A program made the position numbers and the translations under genes. 64,000 nucleotides of DNA from Paragordius varius (taxonomy: Eukaryota > Animalia > Nematomorpha): assembly GCA_964247055.1 (NCBI GenBank), contig OZ176051.1, forward strand, positions 4,588,001 to 4,652,000, written 5' to 3'. The notes under the pieces are model-generated. The model saw only the letters and a list, made by a program, of their open reading frames with translations. It was not told where the DNA came from and searched no databases. Below, piece by piece: positions 36,101 through 48,603 of the stretch (its first letter is position 1; each line of letters begins with the position of its first letter).

Positions 36101-37950
36101 GCCCGGTGCATGAATCCTTTAAGATCCCTTTTTTATTAAATGGTTATAAATTTGTCAAAAATAAATTTTAAAAATGCCTTTTTTATATAGAAGACACGTT
36201 GTTAAAATACAGTAACGAGCACAACTCTATGCCTTATCTGTTTAAATGGCTAAAAGAGTAATTAATTTACATGTCTACCATGTATGGGATTTACCAATTT
36301 ATTACTTACATATTTAATTAAACACTGTATTTTTTCCCACAATTTTTAAAAGAGTATTGAAAAAACGAAAAAACCTATACATGGCTTCTGGCATCAAATT
36401 AAATACTCTTTTGACATTTTAAATATAAATTTGGCCTATAATAATAGAGCTCGGTACAATATATAAATCTTTCTTTTATGCATTCTTGCCCCGAAATCAA
36501 AATGCAAAATGTATTTATAGTTAGAAAAATTCCTATTCATTAGATTGTCTCGCTTCTCCTCCCTTAGTACATGACTGTTAGATATATTTATTATAAATAA
36601 TGATAGATTCGTGAAATTATGTCAAATGAATACAATGGTTGGTTTATTACAATAGCCAATGAAAAAATCGAGTATGCATTTCATGATAATATCCATTAAA
36701 AAATTCTAATGGATATTTTATAAAAATAATTTTGATTCCATAAATTATATGTTGTTACCTTTTTTGAGCTTATTCAAGATTTTCCGCATATATAATTCTA
36801 TTTAGGGATAATGGTACATTTGTCCAGTGGGGTCTGTATTTTAGCGTTAACGGATATTTTGATCCGGAAAACGATATCAGTGAAACTCTTATCACAAACT
36901 TTGGGCTTGTTTTAATTGGTTTAAATATTTTTGTCACAATTACCCCATCAACGCTTGCTATAAAAGCGCTTGGTATTAAATAATTTTGAATTATTCTTAA
37001 GAGTTTTTAGTATATTTTCCATTTTTTAAAAAAATGATTTTGAGTAAAAGTGTTAGTTTAAAAATTAATATTAATTAAGTTTTAAAGAAAAAGTTGATTT
37101 TTAAATGGATAGTTTTATTTTTACCAGCCCAGCTATTTTTCAAACTGATCTTTATTATATATTATGTAATATAGTGGTTGGAAATAATAAAGATTAATCT
37201 AACCAAATAAATAATCAAATCTATATATAATGTGATATTTTTATCCGAAGATGGATCAAAATTTAATTATTTTGCGTAGCCGTAAGTTTTTAAGGAATCT
37301 ATACAAGACTATATAAATTTATTATTTTCTCAAACAATCGAAATAAAATGGTTTATACAAAAAAGTAGTAAAATTATATATTATCCAATTTTAGAATGTG
37401 GTTCCATGAACGTTCAGAAAAGCATGAAATTGAAAATTAGCCTTATAGTTATATTTCTGATCTTATTGCTGGCGGCAATTTTATCCCTCGTGCTCTATCT
37501 CGTGTGGCATAAAAGTATTTATTGTCCAACAATTTGATTGAGTAAATTATTTCATATTTGAATAAAACTGTTTATTTCTTTATTTTTGTTCCAGATAATA
37601 GATACAAGGCGTACGCTAAATGGAAACAAAAAAAGATGAGAAACCCGTACATACCAAATGGAGATGCATTAAAAAGTTTGACAAAACAATTGGAGTTGTT
37701 GGACGATGATTTGCAATATTTTAACATGGAGCAATTGAAAATCAAATATCTCGAATATTTTTACAATCATTACTATGATTTCGATTATGAATACACTTAC
37801 GACTTAAGCTATAAATATGCGCTGGCAAAATTATCAAAAGACCAAGATGTTTTATACAATACGAATTCCGGTTTTTATGAAGAAAATGAGTATTTTATTA
37901 CAAGTCCCACCTCGTATGAGGCATACACTAAAAACTATGAATATGAATAA
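27135..37950 (+). CDS. Single-pass membrane protein with tandem 6-Cys EB/EGF-like modules and a Tyr-rich cytoplasmic tail
   Basis: Seven phase 1-1 exons starting near 31287, 34137, 34346, 34551, 34863, 35066 and 35759 each encode one Cx4-6Cx3-7Cx4-5CxCx9-11C module. TM exon 37395-37514 (ISLIVIFLILLLAAILSLVLYLVW); tail exon 37595-37950. A Cys-rich exon at 27135-27229 probably belongs to it; the 5' end and signal peptide were not located. Confidence 0.8.
28241..30682 (-). mobile_element. Decayed hAT (Charlie/SPIN/Buster-group) DNA transposon
   Basis: TIRs CAGTGGTACTCA / CAGTGGTATTCA, perfect 8-bp TSD ATCTATAG. Minus-strand transposase remnants YFGIAIDSSTDISSTPQYVLFVRF and RCLIYQQNL..VIKTVVDIVNHIRDGEYNRRKFKNLL (cf. 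FSLALDESTD, HCIIHQEAL, VVKTVNFIR). Disrupted by frameshifts and stops. Confidence 0.88.
31806..33443 (-). mobile_element. Non-autonomous Helitron, long copy with internal subrepeats
   Basis: Reverse complement of the 24893 and 47178 family. CTAG|T end at 31806, terminal hairpin, near-palindromic ATCCA(C/T)ATATGTGGAT, degenerate 5' end. Confidence 0.8.
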
Positions 37951-38595
37951 ATTATATGTTTTTTATAAGGGTATAATTTACAGTCAAATTTCTTTTGTGC
38001 GGTACATAGGATTGTATTATATTAAAATTAGTAAGCTACTATATATAATTTATGGTTATTTATGATATATACGCCTAATATTAGTTTTAAAAATTGTTAT
38101 AGGGGGAGTCGTATTTTTGAAAAAAATGAAAAGTCTAATTATAAGCCGGCGCGTGCTCCAGAGAATATTTTCAAAGATGCGATTTTTGGTGACTAGGTTT
38201 TTCACTATCTTCACTTGAGGGCTAAAATTTTATTTGACTGTGTGTGGCGCATTCACTCAGTAAAATTTAATTTAATCGACACGTTTTCCGAATTATCCTA
38301 ACATCAACATTCTATTTATATATAAAAAGTTCAAATAGTTAGCGTTTTTATTAATTGACCAGGTGTTAGATTGCAGTTTTAATTTGTTTCCAGATGTGGA
38401 CTTAAAAGCAGTCAAACCGATTTTTAATATATTATAGTCTATGGAAAACTTCTAGGTTTTAAATTGGTTGCGACATTATAACTTTGATTAATTTATATTT
38501 TTATTCAAATAATTAAATTCACTATTGGTATAATTAACTAAGAAATATAAATATAATTATCACAGATGTCAAAATTCTCAAATAATTTGTTAATC

Positions 38596-39306
38596 CTATA
38601 TTGCACCTGATTGAATAATTTCAATCCAATATCCATCGGGATCCTTGATAAAAGCTATCCCTTTCATGTTACCTGTAAAATAAATTTAAATATATAAAAA
38701 AATAAGAGATTTCTATTTACGGTTAGCACTAGTTTACAATTTAATTAATTAAACACAAAAATCTAAAAAAAATATTATTTATAGTTAAATGAAAATAGAT
38801 ACCAAATTTATAAAAATATATACAAACTATTTAATAATATTGATAAATAATTAGTAAATATAATACACCTTCATTTGGTTTTTTCTTGAATGTAACATTT
38901 TGCTCCTCAAAATATTTACACGCTTTTTCCACATCTGGAACCACAATGGCAATATGACCGTAACCTTTAGGTTCTTCATTGCCACTGTGATATTTAACGC
39001 TGGAATCATTTTCAGAACCCCAATTATGCGTCAACTCTAGAACACCTTCCTTTGATGTCAATCCTTTTTCTACATTACCATATCCCATAAAATAAAGGGT
39101 AAATTTCCCACTTGGATAATCTGCTTGTTTAAATAAAGACATTCCCAAAACTTGGGAGTAAAATTTTAAAGATTTAACTGGATCCTTGATTCTAATCATT
39201 GTGTGGTTAAATAGAGCCTCCTAAAAGTAAATAAAAATATATCTACTTGTGAAAGAGGGCCCTTTTCTGAGCAAATCTTTTTTGCAGATAATTCACTTAA
39301 AGCCAT
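38596..39306 (-). CDS. GLO1: Lactoylglutathione lyase (glyoxalase I); 3 exons
   Basis: Exons 39306-39247, 39220-38869 and 38672-38596. Motifs NHTMIRIKDP, LELTHNWG, GYGHIAI and FIKDPDGYWIEI; all four metal ligands (H, E, H, E) are present. Confidence 0.95.
39221..39246 (-). other. 26-nt GT-AG micro-intron (GLO1 intron 1)
   Basis: GTAGATATATTTTTATTTACTTTTAG. It is not a multiple of 3, and removal is needed to join MALSELSAKKICSEKGPLSQ to EALFNHTM. Confidence 0.85.
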
Positions 39307-39449
39307 GGTGAAAAAAGCTGAATCATGTGTTAACTGAAAGTCAAAAAAATAAATTCAATTAGTTCTTTAGTAATGCTATAAATTAAATAAATCCGAATGA
39401 TAATAAATTTATTATTATGTGTAATTTATATATATATATATATATATAT

Positions 39450-40550
39450 CAGGCCTTGGAACCGGAACTCGGTTTCTGGGATTTTAACAAGAAACGGTTC
39501 CATTGGGATGGAACGAACGCGGTTCCGGTTCAATTTCCCCAGGAACCACCCCGGTTCCGGTTCCAAAATTTCAGGAACCAGTCTGGTTATATCCATAAAT
39601 TTTTAGGAACCAACCCAGTTCCGGTTCTACCCCCTTTATTAGTGGTCCCATATGATTTTTATTATACAGTATAAATTGAAATTATACTGACAAAAAATAT
39701 AAAACAAATATTCAAAAAAATCTTGATTTTTTTTTAAATATAACTTTGTTTTAATCTACAAAGTATAATACAGAAATGTAAATTTGTAATACAATCAATT
39801 ATATATTTACAATATTAATTAATAGTTTATATAGGATAAATTTAGGTTTAAAATAGTATGGTGGTTTTTGAAAAAAAAATTGTCTTTAAATTTTTATGTT
39901 TTGTCCGTATATAAAACTAAGCGCCTAATATTAGCAAAACTCTCTGAATTTTGGGCCATTCGGCTCTTTCATAAATAGTACTAGTCATAAGTCGAGAGTA
40001 TTTTTAATACATATGTTCGTATATATAGGTCTCCGTTGAAAGAAGTTTTTTTGCCCTTTATTTTCTATTTTTAGACCTGAGAAGCAGTTTGACCATATGG
40101 TGCAATAATTTTTTAAATTAAAAAAACATTTTTTTAGATTCCATACTTAATTTAGCACTCATTATATACCTTTGTTATACATTTTCCCTTTAAATTTTTT
40201 TAATTTGTTTAATTTATTATGCTATACTATATTTCCTTCACTATACATTTGGCAATTTATAAAAAAATTGTTTAATTTATAATTATTTATCTGGGTTTTA
40301 TTATTATAATAATAATAATTTTGTAAATCATTTAATCAAAAGTCAGGAACCGAAAATGGAACCGGTTCTCAATGTAAAGAACCGGTTCCGGAACCGATGA
40401 ATTTAGAAGGAACCAGCGCGGTTCCGGTTCCATTTCCCCTGGAACCACCCCGGTTCTGGTTCCAAAAATTCAGGAACCGCCCGGTTCTATTTTTAAATTC
40501 TTGAGAACCAACACGGTTCCGGTTCCACTTTTTTAAACCGGTTCCAAGCC

Positions 40551-40553
<3 letters not shown>
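39450..40553. mobile_element. Non-autonomous TIR element embedded in a (TA)n tract
   Basis: Ends CAGGCCTTGGAACCGG / CAGGGCTTGGAACCGG. About 190-bp imperfect inverted arms with many GGAACC/GGTTCC motifs; (TA)n on both sides (39427-39449, 40554-40581). Confidence 0.85.
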
Positions 40554-40585
<32 letters not shown>

Positions 40586-41693
40586 TCAGGAAAAAGATTC
40601 AATTTAGCTTAACACTTTGATTTAAATTGGGGAATCTATATACCCCAGACTATATTTAAATTTATATTTTAAAAACTATAGTCCCAATTTAAATTTATTC
40701 CTCTATCATAATCAAAATTATATAAATAATCCGAAATATCTAAATAAAATTTGGTTTTGAAAAAAAAGTTCCATATCAAACTACTTCGAGGCCATTTTTA
40801 TTTTGCAACATTTTTGCAAAATATCGAGTTCATTTGATTTTAAAGCTAAAAATGAAAGCTAATTTTTCATTTAAATCACATATGACAATCATAGAAAAAG
40901 AAAAATGGTTTATTTTTTGTAATTTTTTAATTTAGCTTATGCACACATGTCATGTTGAATTAATTTTCTTGAGGGTTCAGCTAAAAATAAGTAATATCAA
41001 GTATTTTTGAATGAAAATTTTTAATCTGAATTTGGGTCTCTAGTAGTAAAAATGTGAAAACTCTATGTTCTTTTATAATAGAAGAAAAGAGTTTGATAAT
41101 TGAATTTTAATTAAATTAACTTTTATAACAGTTTGTTTATCAATTTAAACTCTAGGCGTAAAAAACTACTCCAAAATGTCATCGCCTACAAAAAATGACA
41201 AGGTGCTCAGCTATAACACCAAGAAAAAATTACATTTTACGAGCAAACGGTTGATATTTTATGATTTTAACTGTTTAATTCAATCTTTGGCAATATCCCG
41301 ATTTGGAGCACTAGAAGTTAAAAAAATACAATAAAACCATGTTTGATTAAAAAAAAACGAAAACAACTATTAAAATTGTAATTTATTTACAGGTTATGCT
41401 CTTGGATATAAGCTATCTCATAATGTAATTATTAAAAAAATTGAAAAGGCAATGAATTGTTAATGATTATTGCGCCATCAAATTTTATCCATTTTTTGCA
41501 AATCATTAATGGATTTGAATAAAATTTCATGGCAAAAAATTTCTTAATTTGTGGTAATAGAAATTTCCAACATTATGCATATTTTTCATATTTTTTTAGG
41601 TATATTTAAACTTAATTGCCTTTTTAAAAAGAGACTTAAATTTGATTGTTGAGTGGGAATATTATTAAAAAAAATTCTCTTAATTATCTAGTG

Positions 41694-41838
41694 CAGTCGT
41701 CAGCAAATACAATTAAAGGGTCGAAAATGCTCCATATAATAGCTTATACACTTGCAGATATTTATACATACTACTATATTTGAATAATAATTTTAGGACA
41801 TATAAAATGCCTTTAGGGCTACGGTTTGAATACCACTG
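41694..41838. mobile_element. Old hAT-type MITE related to the 28241 element
   Basis: Right end CGGTTTGAATACCACTG is identical to 30666-30682. The left end is degenerate and there is no clean TSD. Confidence 0.45.
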
Positions 41839-43769
41839 ATCTGCTATATGAAAAATTATAGCTTAATTCATATGATTATTTTATACTCCATTTAGGGTAG
41901 TTTTTTACCCTCCAATTTTTAATATAATCAAAATCTATAATATTGAGCTAAATATTATTTCGTTAGATTTCAGCGTAATTTTTTTTAAAAATAAAAAGGT
42001 GTATTCAACTATACTTTTATCCCCGGTAAATAATGACAAGTTTTACAAGAGGATAAATATTTAAAATTTTAATACTAACTAATACTACACATTTCGTTAT
42101 GCTACAAAGCAAGGATGCCCACAAATGGCTTCGCAGATATTATTCTGATAAATACTACAATTTTTCTATTATGTATGAATAAATATTAAAAAAAACAATA
42201 GGTGTTTATATATAAACCCCCGAAAATTACGGCAAAAACCTAAAATATTTTTGCTATTTGATTGTGCTCAAAATTTAAACTCATATCTGATTTAAGTAAA
42301 ATCTCAGAAACATAGCGGAAAAAGTTTGAGCTGATGATTTTACATTATAAAAAATAATTTCATTTTTATAAAACCGTATAATAGGCTATGAAATGAATTT
42401 ACAGGCCCAATATGCATAGTTTTGATAATTTTAATTGCTATGGAATTCGAAGTCGGGTGTAAAATAAAACAGCTATTGTTTTTGGATTTTGGAATTTTAT
42501 ATTTAGCTAACAAACTAATTTCAAATTTTGAATAAAATTCCTAAATAAAGATTTTTCTAGAAGTAAATATATAAGTTAAGGTAAATTAAACACTATTGAA
42601 ATAAAGGGGTTCTTTTATTATTTTTTAAAGCATGAATGTCCAACACAAATGGCTTTGCCAGCTAAAAATATAATATATAAACCAGAAGCTGTAAAAATTT
42701 TACAATTAGTCTATATGTACTAATTATATTAATTTTTGTTTTTTTTCGTTGGTGAAATTAGGATCACTCCTACATTTTTATTAAATGAAGTTAAGTTTAT
42801 CTTCAGTCGAGCAACAATTAATAGTGTTAATAAACGAAGGATATAAATTCTGAGAAATTATTATTAAAAAATTCTAATGTTGTATTTATATGGTTTAGGA
42901 TCGCGTGTGGCACCCTTTGGAAATACTTAAAATATATTAAGGGGTAAAATTCACAATAGGTTTTCAATTGATATTTCCATTAAACATGTTATTTTTAAAT
43001 TAAAAATAGGTGAAATATGTAAATTGTAACAAAAATTGATTTTAATTATAACAATCAATTTATTACATAACAATTATAATTCCAAATTTATTATCTCTTA
43101 AACAATCTTACTATCATCACAAAAGTTATGTTTATGATGCTTTCTTGTTTGGGTTGTCGTTTATTCGAGATGCAGCGCCAAGGGATGATATCGGAATAAT
43201 GGTAATTTTATTATTAATTTTAAATGATATTCTTTTGAATTTTTTTCTTTTTAGCAAACAATGCGAAAGTTATATTCATTTTTAAGTAAATTATGTTATG
43301 ATTACGCCATAACTATCATTTAACTGATATCCATAAAATAATATACCATTTGCACTTGAGTGTCCTTGAACACACCAAGTTGGTCCTTGAACATTTTAGT
43401 TGTCCTTAAACTTTTTAAGTTTGGATTTTACCATAAATTTTGCATGTATTAATTTGTATAAATTTTTAATCAAATTTTCTGATTTATTATATTTTTATTT
43501 CACAAAATATTTTTCATTTTAAAACCAATTTTTTGTTCCGAACTATTTTTTTCAATTCAACATTATTATTCAAATATAAATGTTTTCAACGAAAAATTGT
43601 AGTTGATTACCCAGAAAATTAATGATTTTTCAATTACATCTTAGAATCTTATTAAAATTAATATATTTTTTAAACTTATTAAAGATATACTTTTTGAATG
43701 ATCCAAAGTTGATAATGATTTAAAAGTATAGTTAAATCAAGAGAACAGTTTAAAAATACTAAAATATAT

Positions 43770-45544
43770 CAGCGGTGGCCAAAGAGTCCAGACATATTTT
43801 TAATTAAAAAACAGATATAATTAAACGTTGGGAAGAATTTGGAGAATCTTTTTATTGTGAAGACCGGGCTTTTCCACATTCGTATATTCTCCCTTATATG
43901 AATGCGTCTAAACTCGATCCCATAATTTTAGTAGACGAAGTGCTATTTGCATTAAAACACCTTTCTTCTTCCTATGTTACATTAACGGTACTTCACTCTA
44001 ACCCTATTAACTATTTAACAAATCTTCAAGCTGTCTTTAAATCCCACAATTCGTCTGACGACTAGGTCATATCGTATCTCCCTCCGTCCTTCAAAAAGGA
44101 CAACCCTCATCACTGTCGGAACTACCGAATGATACCTATCATCAACAAACTACAAGCTTCTTCTCAAAATAATACTTAAAAGGAATTTCTCCATTCTTGA
44201 TTACATATTTTTAATGTACATACGGCCTTCAGATCAAAGCGAAACACTACAAATCATATAGTTAATATTAATAATATAATTCACAAAATATAACGAATTC
44301 GGTAAAAGTTTGTACTGCTGTTTTTTGGACTTCAGTATGGCATTCGACACAGTCCACTACGACTGTCTCTGGAAGATTTTACAAACTTCCGGGGTTTCCT
44401 CCCACATTTTGCGATCGTTAACTGCGATCAAAATACAATACGGTCCCACCGACTTCGCTATCCTCAGAGGTGTGAGACAAGGAAGTGTTCTTTCTCATTT
44501 CCTGTTTAATTTATATACTGAAACATTAATTCGCAATTGTGAAAATTCTCAACACGTTGAAGTGCGCTTTGGTGGTCTTACTGTATGCAATCTCCGATAC
44601 GCTGATGATACAGTTCTCTTGACGGAATCCCATTGGGATATTTATATCTTAAAAAGACTTACAGTCGAAGCAAGTTTGATGGGTCTAAATCACACCCATC
44701 TATATCTAAACTAATGATCCTCAACGCCCCCTATCGATAACACTCAATTTCTCTTCTTTCGACTTAACCGATCACTGCAAGTTAGGTTCAATCATTGCAT
44801 CTGACGGCGCTTTAGATCCCGACATACGAGCACGGCTTATTTTAGGGCGTGCTACCATGGGCAAGCTGGTCAGAATTCGGAACTATTTGGTAATATAAGT
44901 TTCAACCAAATTAGCTATCCTAAAAGCGATGGTTTCCGTTGCCACTTACAGGTCTAAATTATGGGTTTATGAATCCACTGACAACGCCCGCATCAACTCA
45001 TTTCAAATGTGGTGCTTCCAGAAAATTTTGGGTATTTCTTGGAAAGCCCACATCTCCATTTCATATCTATTTAACTTCCTAAACAGAGTTTTTACTTTAT
45101 GATCTGGTGATCTACAAGCAACTAAAATATCTGAGCCACATCCTTAGATTTGATTCCTTGAAAAAAAAAATATCCTCCTTGAGTTGGTCGATGGGATTCG
45201 CAAAAGAAACTGTCAAGGCGATTTCTTCATATCATTAAATCAGTTGCTAACCTTACCCTCTCTTAAATAATTCGAAAGTCACAAGATCGTCTAGAATGGA
45301 AAACACTTATTTAAGCTATGTCGCTACGTGGCTACCTTCTAAACAACACAAAATAACTACTCAAAAATAATTATTTATTGTAATATTTATTTTAAAATGG
45401 CCTGTGCTAGTCACCCCTAATAAAAAGAGATATACATTTGCATCATTTGTGTTGAAATGATAATCCTTTATATTCATACGTGCCCGCGTGAAATTTTCTC
45501 CCCAAAAAGTAGCTCGCGGGAAAAAAAGGTTGGTGCCACCCCTG
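43770..45544. mobile_element. hAT-type MITE nested in family C and carrying a LINE insertion
   Basis: Ends CAGCGGTGGC / CAGGGGTGGC, perfect 8-bp TSD AAATATAT (43762-43769, 45545-45552). Confidence 0.75.
43859..45373 (+). mobile_element. 5'-truncated, decayed RTE/BovB-like LINE
   Basis: RT motifs CFLDFSMAFDTV, GVRQGSVLS..LFNLY and NLRYADDTVLL; upstream PIILVDEVLFALKHL; AAC/AAT-type tail; possible TSD TTTATTGT. Confidence 0.88.
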
Positions 45545-46592
45545 AAATATATGAATGATACACGGTTGGAGTGATAAAAGTTAAAAACAAATTAGTTGAT
45601 GGACCAATTTGAAATGTTTAAGGACCAACTTAAAGTGTTCAAGGATTGAAGTGTTGAAGATCACTTTTTAGTGCAAAATGGTGTATTGTAATAGGTCATC
45701 GTAAATTTTATCATTATTAACTGGAATTTGAATAATTTCACAAATGAAATGAGATTACAATAATTATAATAAACCATTTAATTTAAGATTAAAACATAGA
45801 ATTTCATCAAGCCTTTCATTTAATACCAAGAAGAAATCTATAATACCAACAAAAATTGACAAAAGATTTACCCTTAATTATTTAAAACTGCATCATAAAT
45901 AAAAGTTATTGAATTATTTTAATTAAAATGCATTGTTTAGCTTACTTTCATTGTATTTATACAACAATCATTTGTTATTGTACTACTTACGGATAATTTA
46001 TCAAATCAACCTTTAAAATTAAATATTAATTTTTTTACTTTATATCTTTTGAAAGTATAAAAAGTTTTCTATCTTTTAATGTGATTCTAAAGTAAAACCG
46101 ATAATTTGGCAAATTAGGTAATTAAAAGTACAGCAAGTACAGGCAAAATTAATGAAAGGAAAAATTAAGGTTTGAAATAGTATGGTTTTGCAAAAAAATA
46201 TTTTACATTGGCACCATAACAAATAAACTCTAAACATTTTTTTGTTTTTAAGGGAAAAAGGGGAAATTAAACCGGTTGTTAGACACTAACACCTTGATTT
46301 TACAAAATGATAAATAGTTCGGGTTGAAACCCAAAACTGGATTAATTAAGGTGGCAAGGACAAAATCCGACTATTAGCAGAGTACGTTTCAACTCAGCAG
46401 CGATGGGAGAGAATATTATTCATTTAATTCATAATGTTTTTGTAAAATCTACCTAAATCATTTTAATTTGGATCGCTTTTTTGAGGAAAACTAGAGTAAT
46501 CTTTTTGCCGATACATCTTGAAAATACTTTAAAATATCCTTCCAATGTAGTCAAAAATAAGAATGTAGAGAAGCTAGTTCATTAGAGGACTA

Positions 46593-46985
46593 TACCATTT
46601 ACAGTTCAAATTCACCCTTAAACAATTCAAATTCACCCTTAAACAATTCAAATTCACCCTTGAACAATTCAAATTCACCCTCGAACAATTCAAATTCACC
46701 CTCAAATAAATAACATGTTTTTTAAGATTAAAAATTACCTATATTTTAATATATTTTTAGAAAATAAAATTTTGTTTTAAATTAACATAATACTGAAAAA
46801 AATAATTAATTATGCCATAAAGATATATTTTATATTAATAATGAGTTATATTAGTTCGAAAACACATAATTTATTTTTAGGGTGAATTTGAATTGTTCGA
46901 GGGGAAATTTGAATTGTTCAAGGGTGAATTATTGTTCGAGGGTGAATTTGAATTGTTCATGGGTGAATTTGAACTGTAAATGGTA
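46593..46985. mobile_element. MITE family B, longer-arm copy
   Basis: TA|TACCATTTACAGTTCAAATTCACCC ... GGGTGAATTTGAACTGTAAATGGTA|TA with about five 21-bp units per arm. Confidence 0.9.
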
Positions 46986-47177
46986 TATATAATGGATATC
47001 AGATTTATCTACACAAATTAATCTCTAACCATAATAATAGGCTAAAAGTAGGAAATCGATCCTTAAGCCTTTTAACACGCAAAAAGGGAAAAGCTTTGAG
47101 TGCGGAAAGGAAATTTTTATTCTTATTTTCCAACATAATTATAAAAATTGGATTTATTTAATTTTTCAATTATGATA

Positions 47178-47923
47178 TCTATATATTTATAAAAATGAAA
47201 AATGCTGGCTTCGTGATCTGGTACAGGAAAACGGGTAGACCCAATCAAATCCAAACATGGAAAAAATATAATCATTAATGAATGCCCCGACAATAGCTTC
47301 GCCCTTTTTTTGAATTAGGCCCCCAGTTCGGGCCCACCCCGTGTGAAAAATGGGTTTATTTTTGAAAACAGAAGTCCACAAAAATCGTGTCTTTGAGACA
47401 ATTTTCCGGAGAACTTATTGGACCATTCAATTTCAAATATGATTTTTGTTTACTTATTTTCGATTGCGCCGAACATAGTCGAGTCACTTTTTTAATTTAG
47501 GCCCTCTTTTTACCCGCTCTCCCCGTAAAATGCCATTTTTTTAAAAAAACCAAGTCCACAAAAATAATTTTTTAAATCTATTTTTCGCCCTAGGTATGAG
47601 ACAGTAAAAATTCTATATGGATTCCACGTATTCCCTGTTAAAAGGCAAAAATTTTAGTCAGGCGTTTCTTTGATGATAGCTGCTGGGTAAGGAGTTTCTA
47701 TCATATGTATAAATATTTTTTTAAATCTATTTTTCCCTCAAGTAAACAATCAATGTATGAATGCACCGTTTTATAATTCCTATTAGATCATAGTTAAATA
47801 ATGTTTCGAAATAATCCACATATGTGGATCATTTTATTGCCTTTTTTCAAATAACCCCCCCCCCCCTCCCCAGAAGTCCGAAGTACTTCCTCGGGCTGCG
47901 TAGCAGCACGAGATTTACGCTGG
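47178..47923 (+). mobile_element. Non-autonomous Helitron, medium copy
   Basis: A|TCTATATATTTATAAAAATG start, palindrome ATCCACATATGTGGAT, terminal hairpins, CTGG|T (CTRR) end. Confidence 0.85.
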
Positions 47924-48603
47924 TTATGTATATATTTTGATTTATTACTTTACGCTCATGTATTATACCCTACCCATCCTAATCACCATACAACCATTTC
48001 TAAATTAGTCAAAAAAATATTTTATAGCATTGTAATTTATGATTTTATCTAACATTTACAATTCATCGAAAAATATCCAAGTCTCTCCATTTACAAAATT
48101 TATGGACATGGTAAAAATTCCTGCTATAAATGCTTTTTCACTTTTCGGTACCAATGAATTTTATTTTTTAAATTTTTTAAATTTAAGTAATAAGTTGGCA
48201 TTTGTCAGATATCTTTTCTTATATTATGGTTGATTATAAAAAATTCTAAAATTAAAATTTTATTTAATAGAAATCAAACGAAAAATAATTTCACTATTAG
48301 CTAAATAGTTTTCAAAGAATTACCAAAAATATAATATAACAGTAATATCGTTATTATGTCTTTTTTGTTTTTTATGATTGAAATAAAATAATTTATAATT
48401 TAGCTGTAAGGATTAACACATGCTGACTCAAACAGCTACACCCTAAGATTGGCCAGTTCTAAATACAATTATTTTGAAATATTGTGAGACAAATTCAAAG
48501 AGTTTTATAGTCTGTTTAATATCAAAATCTATTTAATAGATAATAATTATTTATGTCTAAAACACTGATAATATATGCGATTGCTAATAATATGTAATAC
48601 ATT

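Larger units (their letters stand above)
43344..45683. mobile_element. MITE family C (YACCATTT termini, ~21-bp GTCCTTGAACA.. repeats) with nested insertions
   Basis: TA|TACCATTTGCACT ... AGTGCAAAATGGTG|TA; about three repeat units in each arm. Confidence 0.7.

Noticed and set aside
39397-40602. ORFs at 39397, 39417 and 40369
   Set aside because: They run through (TA)n and the GGAACC-rich inverted arms of a TIR element.
41176-41334. 52-codon ORF (MSSPTKNDK...) divergent from GLO1
   Set aside because: No homology or linked exons could be supported.
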